NCBI GenBank assembly: GCA_965113315.1
Contig: OZ220368.1
Source of the DNA: Podarcis vaucheri
Lineage: Eukaryota
Length of the DNA stretch: 64,000 nucleotides
Reading direction: 5' to 3' (one strand)
The notes under the pieces are model-generated. The model was not told the origin of the DNA, made no database searches, and saw only the letters and a list, made by a program, of their open reading frames with translations. Shown one piece after another: positions 14,148 through 24,892 of this stretch (positions are counted from its first letter, which is position 1; every line of letters begins with the position of its first letter). Both the position numbers and the translations under genes were made by a program.

Positions 14148-14229
14148 CCAGGGTGTAGTTTTTTCACTTGCTTGAAGACATGTTGGAGGACTAGCAAGTC
14201 TATAGGTGCATCTGGTCTATGGTTTCCCC

Positions 14230-14500
14230 TGGCTCATCCTGGTTCAGCCAGGACGCTGGGATCCAGACACAGGGCCTTCTCGGTAGTGGCACCCACCCTG
14301 TGGAATGCTCTCCCATCAGATGTCAAGGAAATAAAAAAACTATACAACTTTTAGAATACATCTGAAGGCAGCCTTGTATAGGGATTTTTAAAATGTTTGA
14401 TGTTTTATTATGTTTCTGTATATGATGGAAGCTGCCCAGAGTGGCTGGGGCAACCCAGGCAGATAGGCAGGGTATTTGTTGTTCTTGTTGTTGTTGTTTT
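14230..14500 (+). mobile_element. L2-like LINE 3' fragment
   Basis: Peptide RAFSVVAPTLWNALP..K; 3' end agctgcccagagtggctggggcaacccag followed by a (GTT)n tail; similar tail at ~31320-31385. Confidence 0.7.
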
Positions 14501-15765
14501 ATAATCCTGCAGACACACCATTTTCAGCCCTACTGACCACAAAGTTCCAATATCACTAGGGCAAAAGGAGTGGACATTTATGCAGTGGCATAGCTGGGGG
14601 ATCAAAGATCATATCTCCCACTTCAAGGTTGGACCTCTCTCTGTCCTTGGAGAGGGAGAACTGATACTTCCCAGGGACCATAGACATGAGTAATTAAATA
14701 TGATTACTGAACCTGATGAAATTCCTACAACTAAAATGAAACCTATTTTTTAAAGGATTTGCTAACTTTCTAAAACCCTGCATAGGTGGGCTTTGGAAGC
14801 AATCCAGAGATAATGAACTGTTAGCTTGCTTTCAGCTGCCAAATCCTGTTGTTAAAGGTATGCCATATTTTTCTCCCACTTGGAGCTGTTTTTTGTTAGG
14901 AGTTGCAATAAATTAAAAGGTCAACCACTGCTATGGGCCCAGTGCTATCGAGTATTTTGTGCCCTCCTTGGAAACAAGTAATGTCTTCAACATACAATCA
15001 AGTTTCTAAATAAATATGAAATGGACTGAAGAGGCTGGCAAGCAAATACAAACTGGCTTTGTTTTCTAAGAAGAAATCAAGGGAAATATTGTATAGCTTT
15101 GAAAGAAATGGAGAATCCAAAGTGTTTACTAGATGCAGTTGGCAAATGACTTAGACTGAGCCATGCATCATTGGGCAAAGAATGGACAACAACATATAAG
15201 TGGACAATGAAGGAGGCGTCTATCTAAGTCAGGATTTCCTGTGTAAGTGCAAATACACAGCTTTGAAATCCATCTAACTGGCCATAATCAGTGAAAAGGT
15301 AATGGGTGGAAGCCAAAAGAACATGAGAAGAATTAACATAATAATTGGGTGCTTTAATACTAAAGGGACACAGAATCTAAGTTGAAAGCATAAAAGGTTT
15401 CAGAAAGAGGGAATGTGAATGTCAACCAGAGCAACACAAATAAGATAAAAAAGTTCCTAAAACTTAGGAAAACAAAAGCAAATGTTGCAGAATAAATGAA
15501 GAAGAAGCGTCAAGGGTAGGGCGGAGAGTACAGCAGATTGTCAGGAGTTATTGCTGACAATTCTGGTTTATATTACAGTGTAGTGAGAGATGTTACAGTG
15601 ATGAACCCTTAAGTAGTGATTTGGTAGGGGTGATAATGATGAAACCTCTGGAAGTAATTGGTTGAGATGAAGGAGCAGCAGAGGAAGAAGGCCAACAGGC
15701 AACAGGAAGCCCCCTGTGACCACAGGTGGTATGTTAGCAACCCCTGCCCAAACACCACACAAGGG

Positions 15766-16006
15766 CAGTGATACCTCGGGTTAAGTACTTAATTCGTTCC
15801 GGAGGTCCGTTCTTAACCTGAAACTGTTCTTAACCTGAAGCACCACTTTAGCTAATGGGGCCTCCTGCTACCACTGCGCTGCTGGAGCATGATTTCTGTT
15901 CTCATCCTGAAGCAACGTTCTTAACCCGAGGTAACAGTCTGGGTTAGCGGAGTCTGTAACCTGAAGCGTATGTAACCTGAAGCGTATGTAACCCGAGGTA
16001 TCACTG
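15766..16006. mobile_element. Tigger/pogo-type MITE (same family as 31667-31900, opposite orientation)
   Basis: TIR cagtgatacctcgggtta / taacccgaggtatcactg; internal 16-bp tandem gtaacctgaagcgtat. Confidence 0.85.
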
Positions 16007-16339
16007 TAGATGCTTATCCTTGTACAGTAGGCAGACATGCAAAAACCAGATGCTTCTAAGCACTCATCTGTGCTTCAGTCAAGAGGTCACAGTTCAAGGA
16101 TACATTGCAGCCAGGCAAGTATATCAAGAAAGGAATGTAGTGGGGTTGGCAAGGGGCTGTGGCTTGGGGAAACCCTAGTGACTGGATAGAAAGACCTGAA
16201 GAACCTCATTCAGCCTCTGGACCTGAAGTTCCCCACCCACCACAGAAGACAATGCAGCTAAGTTGCTGTATGTGGAACCCCACGAAGAACCAGGTATTTG
16301 TATCCATCAGTGACCACTACAGAGTTAGACTGTAATTTG

Positions 16340-16720
16340 CAGGATTTGACATCTTTCCGCAGGGCCTGCAAGATGGAGTTGTTCCGCCAGGCCTTTGGTC
16401 AGGGCCCAGCCTGACTCCCCTTTTCTTTTTGTATAAGAGCTAATATGAAAGAGGCCTCACAGCATTCTCACAGGCCCATATAAGATCAGCATAAACAGTT
16501 GGGCCAATGCACACTTACTGTTCCCAGCCCTAACCCTGAGGAAAGCCATCTGATTAGACTTTAATTTGATTTTGACCTGTTTTTAGGAGGTAATTTAATT
16601 ATTGTTTGATTTTATAGCAGTGTTATATATCTGATGTTAGCCGACCTGAGCCTGACTTCAGCCGGGGAGGGCGGGATATAAATAAAAGTTTCTTATTAAT
16701 TTATTAATAATATTTATTTA
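16340..16720 (+). mobile_element. L2-like LINE 3' end
   Basis: Homologous to the reverse complement of 35720-35990 (caggatttgacatctttccgcagggcctgcaaga...ggggagggcgggatataaataaaa) with an AT-rich tail. Confidence 0.7.
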
Positions 16721-17949
16721 TTTATTTATTTAAAACCTGGAATATTGCACGCACAGGGAACAGATCCATACATAAGCAACTTCAATTGCTATGCTTCTTG
16801 AAATTCTACAAGTTCTCGATGAAATGGGCTTGGCATTTGCCTAACATTTGTACAAACCTCTGGTGGTGAGCGTTTAAGTATTGTTAAAATACAAACAGTT
16901 AAACATGAATGGTTCTAATAATATATGGGAGGAGGACGAAGCAGCTTCAAAGATGCTCTGAAGAAAGTGACAGCTCTTTTCAATGAACTTCATTTATTCT
17001 GCTCTGCAGATGAGAACTGAAAGCAGATTACTACAATAATTGAATGGGAATGTTTTGTTTTCATATAGGAAATAGAAATATTTATTGGACTTTTCTGGCT
17101 TCTTTCCATCACTGCTTTCAGTTTCTCTGTTTATCTCTCAGTTTGCTGTCATATTATTTATTATTGCCACAATTTCGTTAATCGCTAATCTTTTTTTCCT
17201 ACTCTTGATCAGGAAAGGGTTGGGGTTGTTGTTTTTTTGAGAAGTGTAGGCTGAAAATGCAAATTCCCATCTTTGAATAAGACAGTCTCAATCTGAGTCT
17301 GGTGACACCACCTTTGAGTTTTCCTGATGTGAAGGTACCATTTGTGCCAAGGGATCATAGAGATTTGTATTATTCTTGACTCCAAATAAGGGGAACTACC
17401 TACTACAAGGACAGTATGATGCAAGAATGCCTGTATTCCCTTCTCATATTTCCATTTTGTCTCCCAGGGTTCATCTTGTCTATCATTGGCTGCCAAACTG
17501 GCAAGGGTTGGCAACCAAGGATAGGGATACAGAACTGACCAGAGTAGCCTCCACCCTTCAATGAAATGCAAAAGAGAACATCTCAGTGACATTTTTACAA
17601 AGGACAGTCCATTATTTGAAGGACTGTCAGAGGATAGTTCTCTATTTGATAGCGTTCTTTAGTTGAATGTCTCTCTGGTCCAAGTCCAGTTTAAAGCAAA
17701 AGAACCATAAGAAAGGAGAGCAGGGTCTATGGAGAAGCCCATCAAAAGTTAACACCTAAATAGCCAACAGGTACATAGATCACCTGGTCACAGTCTTCCC
17801 CACTATGCAGAGATGAAGTGTACTTCTATTTAAATTATGGTAAATTATTTCTAATTTTGCATCCGATATCTGAATTTTAGGCCTCTTTGTCCTCTTATTT
17901 GGTGTTGTCTTGCACCATTCTATGGTTTTCTTCCACCTAGCACCAGACA

Positions 17950-18330
17950 TGTCACATGTGTTGGACCAGTTCCATACTGAGACAGCCCCATGGTTGCCAC
18001 AGAGGAGAGGCCATGAAGTCCTGAGCTGGCCCATTTGAAGCAGCCTTGGCCTGGATATTGAAATCCATCAACACCACCATGAAAGTGCTCTCCAGCACCA
18101 CATCTGAGACTACTTCCATTGACTTGGTCAAGGAGGTTGTAGAACAATGGGGTGGATAGTACACTATCATACATCCCCCATACTGTCTCTTTGGCCTGTC
18201 ACCACAAACAATCCCAGAAACCCAGGCACAGTGAAGTCTTCTGGTGAAGGAGATTGAATTTTTATGGACTGCACCCCCTCCCATGCCTGCCCCTCTGATT
18301 TGGAATAGTGCTGAACCAAGTAGCCAGTTC
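17950..18330 (-). mobile_element. Degenerate LINE (L2-like) endonuclease fragment
   Basis: Peptide IVYYPP...VVLMDFNI resembles the APE endonuclease motifs YRPP and GDFN; heavily decayed. Confidence 0.5.
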
Positions 18331-18507
18331 ATCTGCCCATATTTTTATCCTCCTCACCCCACTCAAAGATGCTGCTGGCAATTCAGCACTGACATGACAG
18401 AGTCTCTCACCTGTGACTCCAATGAATAGGATACTTTCACTCATTGCTAACAATCTGCCCCTCAAAAGACTCCTGATTATGGATGAATTGGCCTGATTGA
18501 GCACTCA

Positions 18508-18508
<1 letters not shown>

Positions 18509-18556
<48 letters not shown>
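18509..18556. repeat. (ATT)n microsatellite
   Basis: Trinucleotide run seen directly. Confidence 0.95.
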
Positions 18557-19770
18557 GCAAACATTTCAGCAGCCGGCAAGTATCATGACCTATAATTAAT
18601 ACATAAAAATAACCCAAACAACAGCAAATTCTTTTTGGTCTTCAGTTTTTTGTTTTTTGTTTTTCTGACAAAAGAAATTAATCCCTCACCTGACTATTTT
18701 TAGAATGATCACTCATGGACAAGAATTTTTTTCCAAAAAACTTAAACAAAAAACAACAAGCAGAAATTAAAAGCAATTATTGCAGTCAAGAGTTGGACTC
18801 TCTTTCTCCCAGAGAGCTCGAAGAGTGAAAAGAGCCCACAGCAATTGCTCTCTTCAAGAAGAACACCACTGCAAAATGGGATGTGTGCATACAGTTTGTA
18901 CAAATGGTACCCAATTAACCACTTAAAGGCAGATTAATTGCTCTATACTGCCAAGAAATATGGAGGTGTTGTCAGACTGCAATAAAATCAATTACAAAAA
19001 AATTGTCTTGTGAAATATTCCATCAGCTAAATAAGCTGTTCCAGGCTTCTGGGAATATGTGTGGTTTTGTGTGTAACCTGTTTGATGTTGCTGAACTCTA
19101 ACACTGAACTCCATGAAGAATTTTAGAAGAAGATACTTTCCCCACAAAGCAGTGAAAATGAATTGTCCTCTGCATGTAAATCTGAGTTGGACTGATCAAT
19201 GGGAACTGATTCATGGAGATTAGACTTATATTGAGTCACACCATTGGTCCACCTAGCTCAGTAGGAGCCAATGTGCGGCCTTCCAGGTGTTGTCAAACTG
19301 GCAGCTCCCACCATACCTGACAATTTTGCTGATGATACTAAATTGTGGCCAACCAGATGCCTTTGACAAGCCCACAAGTGTGATCTGTGCGCAACAGCGC
19401 TCTCCCCACTTTTGATTCCCAGCCACTGACATCAGAAAGCGTGCCACCTCTGACAATGGAAGTAGAACATGATGGTGAAAGTGTCATAAACCACTTGCAG
19501 CTTCAGGCAATTGTTTGGATGCCAGGACAAGCCTTCTGGTCTAGGGAACCCATTGCTTTCCAATCCTAAGCATCACTGTGAAGACAAATGATATATAAAA
19601 TCCTACATAACAAATCCTAGGCATGTGCGAAATACTTAGAGACAATTTAGAACTCTACAAACACAGCAAAACCCTTTCTCTGTGATATTTTTTAAGACCC
19701 CATGAAAATCCCTCACCATTTTAGTGCCAATTTCTCCTAATATAAACATTTCTTTCACTAATATAATATC

Positions 19771-20020
19771 TATGTACTGAAGTTCCCACCCTGGGCCAGG
19801 AGGGGTATACTGTAGATAGTTCAGGTCCAGATATGCAAATAAGGGATCGAAAGTGACGTTCAGTGATTGGATAGTTACAGAAAATGGTTACTGTTGCATT
19901 TTAGTGGAGCTCTATATAAGCAGGCTGGCTGAACCCTTCAGTTCAGTTCTGCTCTGGCCTGTGAATAAACAAGAGCTGTTTGAAGAATCACTGTGTCGTC
20001 TGATATGTTCACCCACAACA
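19771..20020 (+). mobile_element. Solo LTR-like repeat, copy 2
   Basis: Near-identical to 12841-13096 (tatgtactgaagtt...gatatgttcacccacaac). Confidence 0.7.
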
Positions 20021-22061
20021 ATAATGCTTTTCTCCACCCCACCCCACCCCCCCCCGCTAATATAAGCACTTCTATGCATACTTCACCTCAGTACATTCAT
20101 TTTTGTGCACATTATTTGTCTGGAGAATCTCACTGCAAAACTTGTAGAAGTGCAGGTTTCAAAGGATAGCTGTGTGCAGGATCAGCAGTGTGAGGAGGGC
20201 TCATGGCTCATGCAATTTGTGATGCAGCCCCCATCTGCACTATACATTTAAAGCAGCATCATACCTCTTTAAACAACATTCCTGAAAGAATTCTGGGAAG
20301 TATAGTTTGTTAAAGGGGCCAAGAGTTGCTAGGAGATTCCTGTTCTTACAGAGTTCCAACACTCAGAGTCCCTTGGGAAGAGGGATTGGTGGTTAAACTA
20401 CTCTGAAAACTGTAACTCTTTGAGGGGAATAGTGTTGGTGAAAACAAATGTCAGGGCCCTGACCAAACTTCAGTTCCCAGAATTCTTTGGGGGAAGGCGT
20501 GAATTCAGTTCCCAGAATTTGGAAGAAGTGGTACGATACTGCTTTCAATGCTTAGTGCAGATGGTACCTCAATTTTATTTTGAGGCCAGTGAGATTCACA
20601 CACCACAGTTCATTGCTCCATTTGGCCTGGTTGATCTCAAGCTGTACAGGGCTAGTTTATCTGCATTTTTAATCCATTAAAAAAAAAAGCTAGCATTTTG
20701 TTTGGGAATTATGTAATGCCAAATGGCTTGTTGCTCTTTTTGTTAGCGCATATTTTCCATTTAATAATTTAAAACACAATATCCAGCCCTTTGTCATAAT
20801 ACCAGGGCAGCATTTATGCAAACCTCCAGCTGGATGCATATTTATTGGCACCTTTGAATATACAGAGTTTACATTCCAGCTCTGTTTTATGCTTGCTTTC
20901 TCTTCCTCTCTGGTACATTGATGGTCGTGGGGCCATTATTGTTTCAAGTTATAAAATATGGATATCACTACCATGAATATTAGATCTCAATATATGGCCT
21001 TCTGAGGCAATTTGAACTGTATAAAACAATGTTTAAATACAGCTAACAGTGAAGAACTTTAAAAACGTGCACAGTAAGAACAAAAGGGCCGAGCAAATCA
21101 TGCAACAATGGACAAAATCAGGCAGTAGCAATAATGGAAAATGCTGAAACCATGGGGATGTCTCAATAGTATAGAGAACCGGGTATACTGTCATGGGACA
21201 GGAATCAGCTTCACCTGCAGAACAGCAGCCTGAAGAGAGAGGGAGTGATTCCACCTGCAGCTGATCAGCCTTCAAGGACACAGAGGAGAAGACACTGATG
21301 AGAACCAGCTGGCTTCAGCCTTCTCAAGCAGAGCCAAATGCTGGAAACACTGCTAGTAGTTCCTGGCTCTACCTTGCAGCTTCCTGCTCATCTTGACCCT
21401 GGACCCCATAATTATTGGATTCCTTGACCCTTGGACCATGTGGATTGCTGTTTGCCTTGGACTGGACCTAACTTTGGATGCTGATGCTGCCTCCAGGCAA
21501 GTACACCTCAGAGACTCTTCTGGTTGGCTGGTCTCCCACTCCACTGAGCTCATTGAATGAATGCACAGAGGCAATTATAGGTCCATCCCCCAATGAATGT
21601 GATGTTCACTGAAAAGAGTTGTTTGCATGTATGGATAGAAAGCTCCCACATGCAAGGAACAACCCCTGACTCCATTTAGCCCTGACGGAAGGTTTCCCAA
21701 CAGGGGAAGAGGTGTCCCCTGAAGCTGCCTGCACAAGAACCCATTTAGCCTGGGCTAGTAGGAAGGGTTGTGCCATGGGGACGTTACATGATTTCCAGCT
21801 TGGTCTGGATGTACACACAATAGGCTAGGCACTTCTCAGTTGCATGTACAACACATCACACGATAGGGCTGTTTACATATTACACTCAACAGATGTACAA
21901 TCGGCGTACCCGTGTACATAAGAAGTTGACCTGTACATTTGTACAGTTGTTTACACGTAGATATTTTTACTACGCAGCAACAGACCTGCTCCAAGCAGCT
22001 GTAAAATGTTAAAAGAAAGAAATATGCCACCTCAGACTTCCTTGTAGCTACATTTTTATTT

Positions 22062-22478
22062 GCGTGCTGAAGTCCCACAAAGCCCCTTCCCCAATAACTC
22101 AGACATCACACATAATTTTTGTTTGGTTTTTGGCATAATTTTGGCCACAACTTTATTTTATATACAGATTGAGAGTGGTTGCTTAGGCATTGGTTATGAC
22201 TACGTCCCCCCCCCGCCTTGGGGGACAGCACTGACTCCTTAGCCAGTCCCGGAGGAAACATGGTCAGAGTCAGATGGAGCTGCGTCACAGACTCTCACTG
22301 CTCCGCGCATGTTCCTTGAAGCTTACACGGCCCACACCCTGCCGTCAGGGTTTGGACGAGGGGGATGGTAAGCTTCAGAATTCCTTTAACGGAATACCCG
22401 TCTCAGCAGCATTGGAGGGGCAGGCACAGCCAATCCATACCCCTCCACCAACCAATTTTAACCAATGCCTAACCGCCA
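22062..22478 (-). repeat. Split direct repeat B2 (3' terminal)
   Basis: Matches 22863-23280 except a C9/C10 run and one A/G change (22334 vs 23136); AATAAA on the minus strand at 22152-22157. Confidence 0.96.
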
Positions 22479-22644
22479 ACCTTACAAGTTGTGACGATTT
22501 GCTAAGCAGTAGGCAAAACCCAAAAGGCACGCACTAATCAGCCAATTGGACAAATTCCTACTGGGCCCCCGCACCAAGGCGAACGACCCCATGACAGGCA
22601 AAGCAAGGTCAAAGCGCAAGCCCAAACAAGGGAGGGCGGGCGGG

Positions 22645-22862
22645 AGATCCGATGTCCACAGCAAAAGAGAAAGAGAAAGCTGTGGACCCTGCTTATATAA
22701 GGGGACTAAACCCACCCCTAAATTGGCAACATCAATTTTGCCCCAGTAACAGCTTTAACCAATCTGCTCCATCCCATTGCCCTCAATGGGCTGGTCACTA
22801 ACTGGGGGCTTTGTTTGGCCCCATCCGCAACACGTGCTCTCTCTTCTATGAGAACACGCTTT
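22645..22862 (-). repeat. Split direct repeat A2 (internal)
   Basis: Identical by eye to 29623-29840. Confidence 0.96.
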
Positions 22863-23280
22863 GCGTGCTGAAGTCCCACAAAGCCCCTTCCCCAATAACT
22901 CAGACATCACACATAATTTTTGTTTGGTTTTTGGCATAATTTTGGCCACAACTTTATTTTATATACAGATTGAGAGTGGTTGCTTAGGCATTGGTTATGA
23001 CTACGTCCCCCCCCCCGCCTTGGGGGACAGCACTGACTCCTTAGCCAGTCCCGGAGGAAACATGGTCAGAGTCAGATGGAGCTGCGTCACAGACTCTCAC
23101 TGCTCCGCGCATGTTCCTTGAAGCTTACACGGCCCGCACCCTGCCGTCAGGGTTTGGACGAGGGGGATGGTAAGCTTCAGAATTCCTTTAACGGAATACC
23201 CGTCTCAGCAGCATTGGAGGGGCAGGCACAGCCAATCCATACCCCTCCACCAACCAATTTTAACCAATGCCTAACCGCCA
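22863..23280 (-). repeat. Split direct repeat B1 (internal)
   Basis: Copy of B2; directly abuts A2 through the TTT core. Confidence 0.96.
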
Positions 23281-23309
23281 TTCGAGCCCTTACGCTCGCC
23301 GCCAACCAC

Positions 23310-23900
23310 TCACAAATTAAACCACACCCTCAGCCTGGACACTAGATCATCCAGCCACACATCATTCCCCAATGGCGAGAGATGAACCCCATCATCCCTG
23401 TAAAACTCAGTCGCCTTGAATGAAATCAGAGGGTGAGGAATTACAGCCCCACCCAGATTCACCACCAGCCTGCTTGCTGCGGAATTAATCCGCTTCCTTA
23501 CACGTTCCGTGGCGACTGGGCAAGGACTACCCCGCCAGATGCGGCGTTGCAACAGCTGTGACCAAATTAGCTTAGTTGACGGCACCCGTGCCGCCAATTC
23601 CCCAAGGTCCTGTAATATGGTAGCACGCAGCTCGTAGCAGGAAGAGGAAACCATATCGTTCTCCCCGAGCTGCACCACGATCGCTGAAGGAGGGCCACAT
23701 TGGAAGACACGCCTTCGCATGAGAGGTAACAATTCCCTCCACAGCATCCCCCTTCTGGAAATCCAGGACACCTGAACGCGGCGCGGGAATCCCAGGCCGT
23801 CACCCAGTCCGGACTGGCGAGCTCTGTCTGCAGCCCAGTGCACAATACTGTGCCCTACTATCCAAATACAGATAGCAGCCCGACCTAGGGTAAAACACAC
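23310..23900 (-). CDS. SGNH/GDSL-family hydrolase (esterase) of the Ngaro element
   Basis: Block I IWIVGHS (Ser), block II RGM (Gly), block III VQLGEND (Asn), block V DDGVHLS (Asp/His). The listed start is GTG and the first in-frame ATG lies after the catalytic Ser; probable exon start at 23884. Confidence 0.88.
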   Translation of the reverse strand: MCFTLGRAAICIWIVGHSIVHWAADRARQSGLGDGLGFPRRVQVSWISRRGMLWRELLPLMRRRVFQCGPPSAIVVQLGENDMVSSSCYELRATILQDLGELAARVPSTKLIWSQLLQRRIWRGSPCPVATERVRKRINSAASRLVVNLGGAVIPHPLISFKATEFYRDDGVHLSPLGNDVWLDDLVSRLRVWFNL

Positions 23901-23921
23901 ATATGTAAGTACAACAACACA

Positions 23922-24892
23922 TTATTTCCTCACGTAGGTTCTGAATGCATCCGAACGCCACCGACCCAGGTCCTTTATCCTCTTAACTGACAAACCCCAG
24001 TGAGCGGCAGTTGTAGCCGCCCCAATCCTAAACGAGTGAGGGGCAAACTCAGAAGCCGGGAGGCCGCAAGCCTCCACAGCTTTTCGCAACACTCCCGCAA
24101 ACTGGTGTCTCACCAGCGGGCGGCCATTTTCGTGTATGAACAGGGGCCCTTCGCCACCAGGGCGCAGGGCTAAATACTTCTTAAGGTCCTTCACCGGGCA
24201 ATGGCCACCTTCGCCCGTCGCAGGAAGTGTAATGACAGCGCCCCTACCTAGTTGATCCGTCTTTGAATTCCTGACGTGAACCTGCAGGTCCCTTGAAGAC
24301 ACACTCACATCCTGCATCAACAAACCCCTGGAACCTCCGTCCTGCTTGGGCTCGAGGACCACTTCGCCAACCCTCAGGGCCCCAAAGAAAGTTAACGAAA
24401 AGGCTGCTGAAAATAGCCGAACCTCAAATTTCGACCAACAGATGCTCCGCAGCTTAGACCGCATCTGCGCCAGCAATTCAAATGTAATGGGTCGCCTGGA
24501 GACGGGCCTGGAAGGAGTGAGTCGCCCCCATCCCTCCAGGGCCCTACGCACTACAAACTTCTTACACGGATCTTTATTAAAATATGCTTTACTAAAAAAG
24601 GAAATTGCTGCAGAATGCAGGCGTAGGGTCCTAGCTGCACGACGCATCTGGAATAGATGTGCCAGATACCGGAGCACCTGAGAGGTGGAGTGGGGGGTGG
24701 TAACCTCCCCAGCAGGCTGCCCACTAAATAACAAAAAGTCCGCCCAGGCCTTTTTATAGGACCTCAAGGTAGAAGGTGCCACAGATGCAGCTACTCCCTG
24801 TAAGACTAAGTTCTGCCAAGGTTCCAGAGATGATCCGGGAAAATTTCCGGACGGTCTCGAGCCACTGGCACCAGGGACCTGAAACGCTCCAT
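23922..24892 (-). CDS. Tyrosine recombinase (lambda-integrase family)
   Basis: GALRVGE (Arg), SKTDQ (Lys), HSFRIGAAT (HxxR), GRWRSDAFRTY (Trp, Tyr). The ORF-track start at 24782 is GTG; the frame is open upstream to the candidate acceptor at 24892. Confidence 0.95.

Noticed and set aside
12838-20020. Two similar LTR-like repeats 7 kb apart, read as one full LTR retrotransposon
   Set aside because: The interior has no gag/pol, PBS or PPT, only unrelated repeats, and there is no shared TSD. Two independent solo copies are more likely.
2700-21900. Numerous 60-140 aa ORFs in the six-frame track
   Set aside because: No recognisable domains or exon chains apart from the LINE fragments listed; consistent with chance ORFs.
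22490-22525. tgacga...gcaaaac in the spacer as a hammerhead core
   Set aside because: Lacks CUGANGA and GAAA in the intact element and is antisense to its transcript.
22060-23345. Duplicated short ORFs (MRAEVPQ..., MELRHRL...)
   Set aside because: By-products of the B1/B2 repeat; antisense, and one pair differs by a frameshift.
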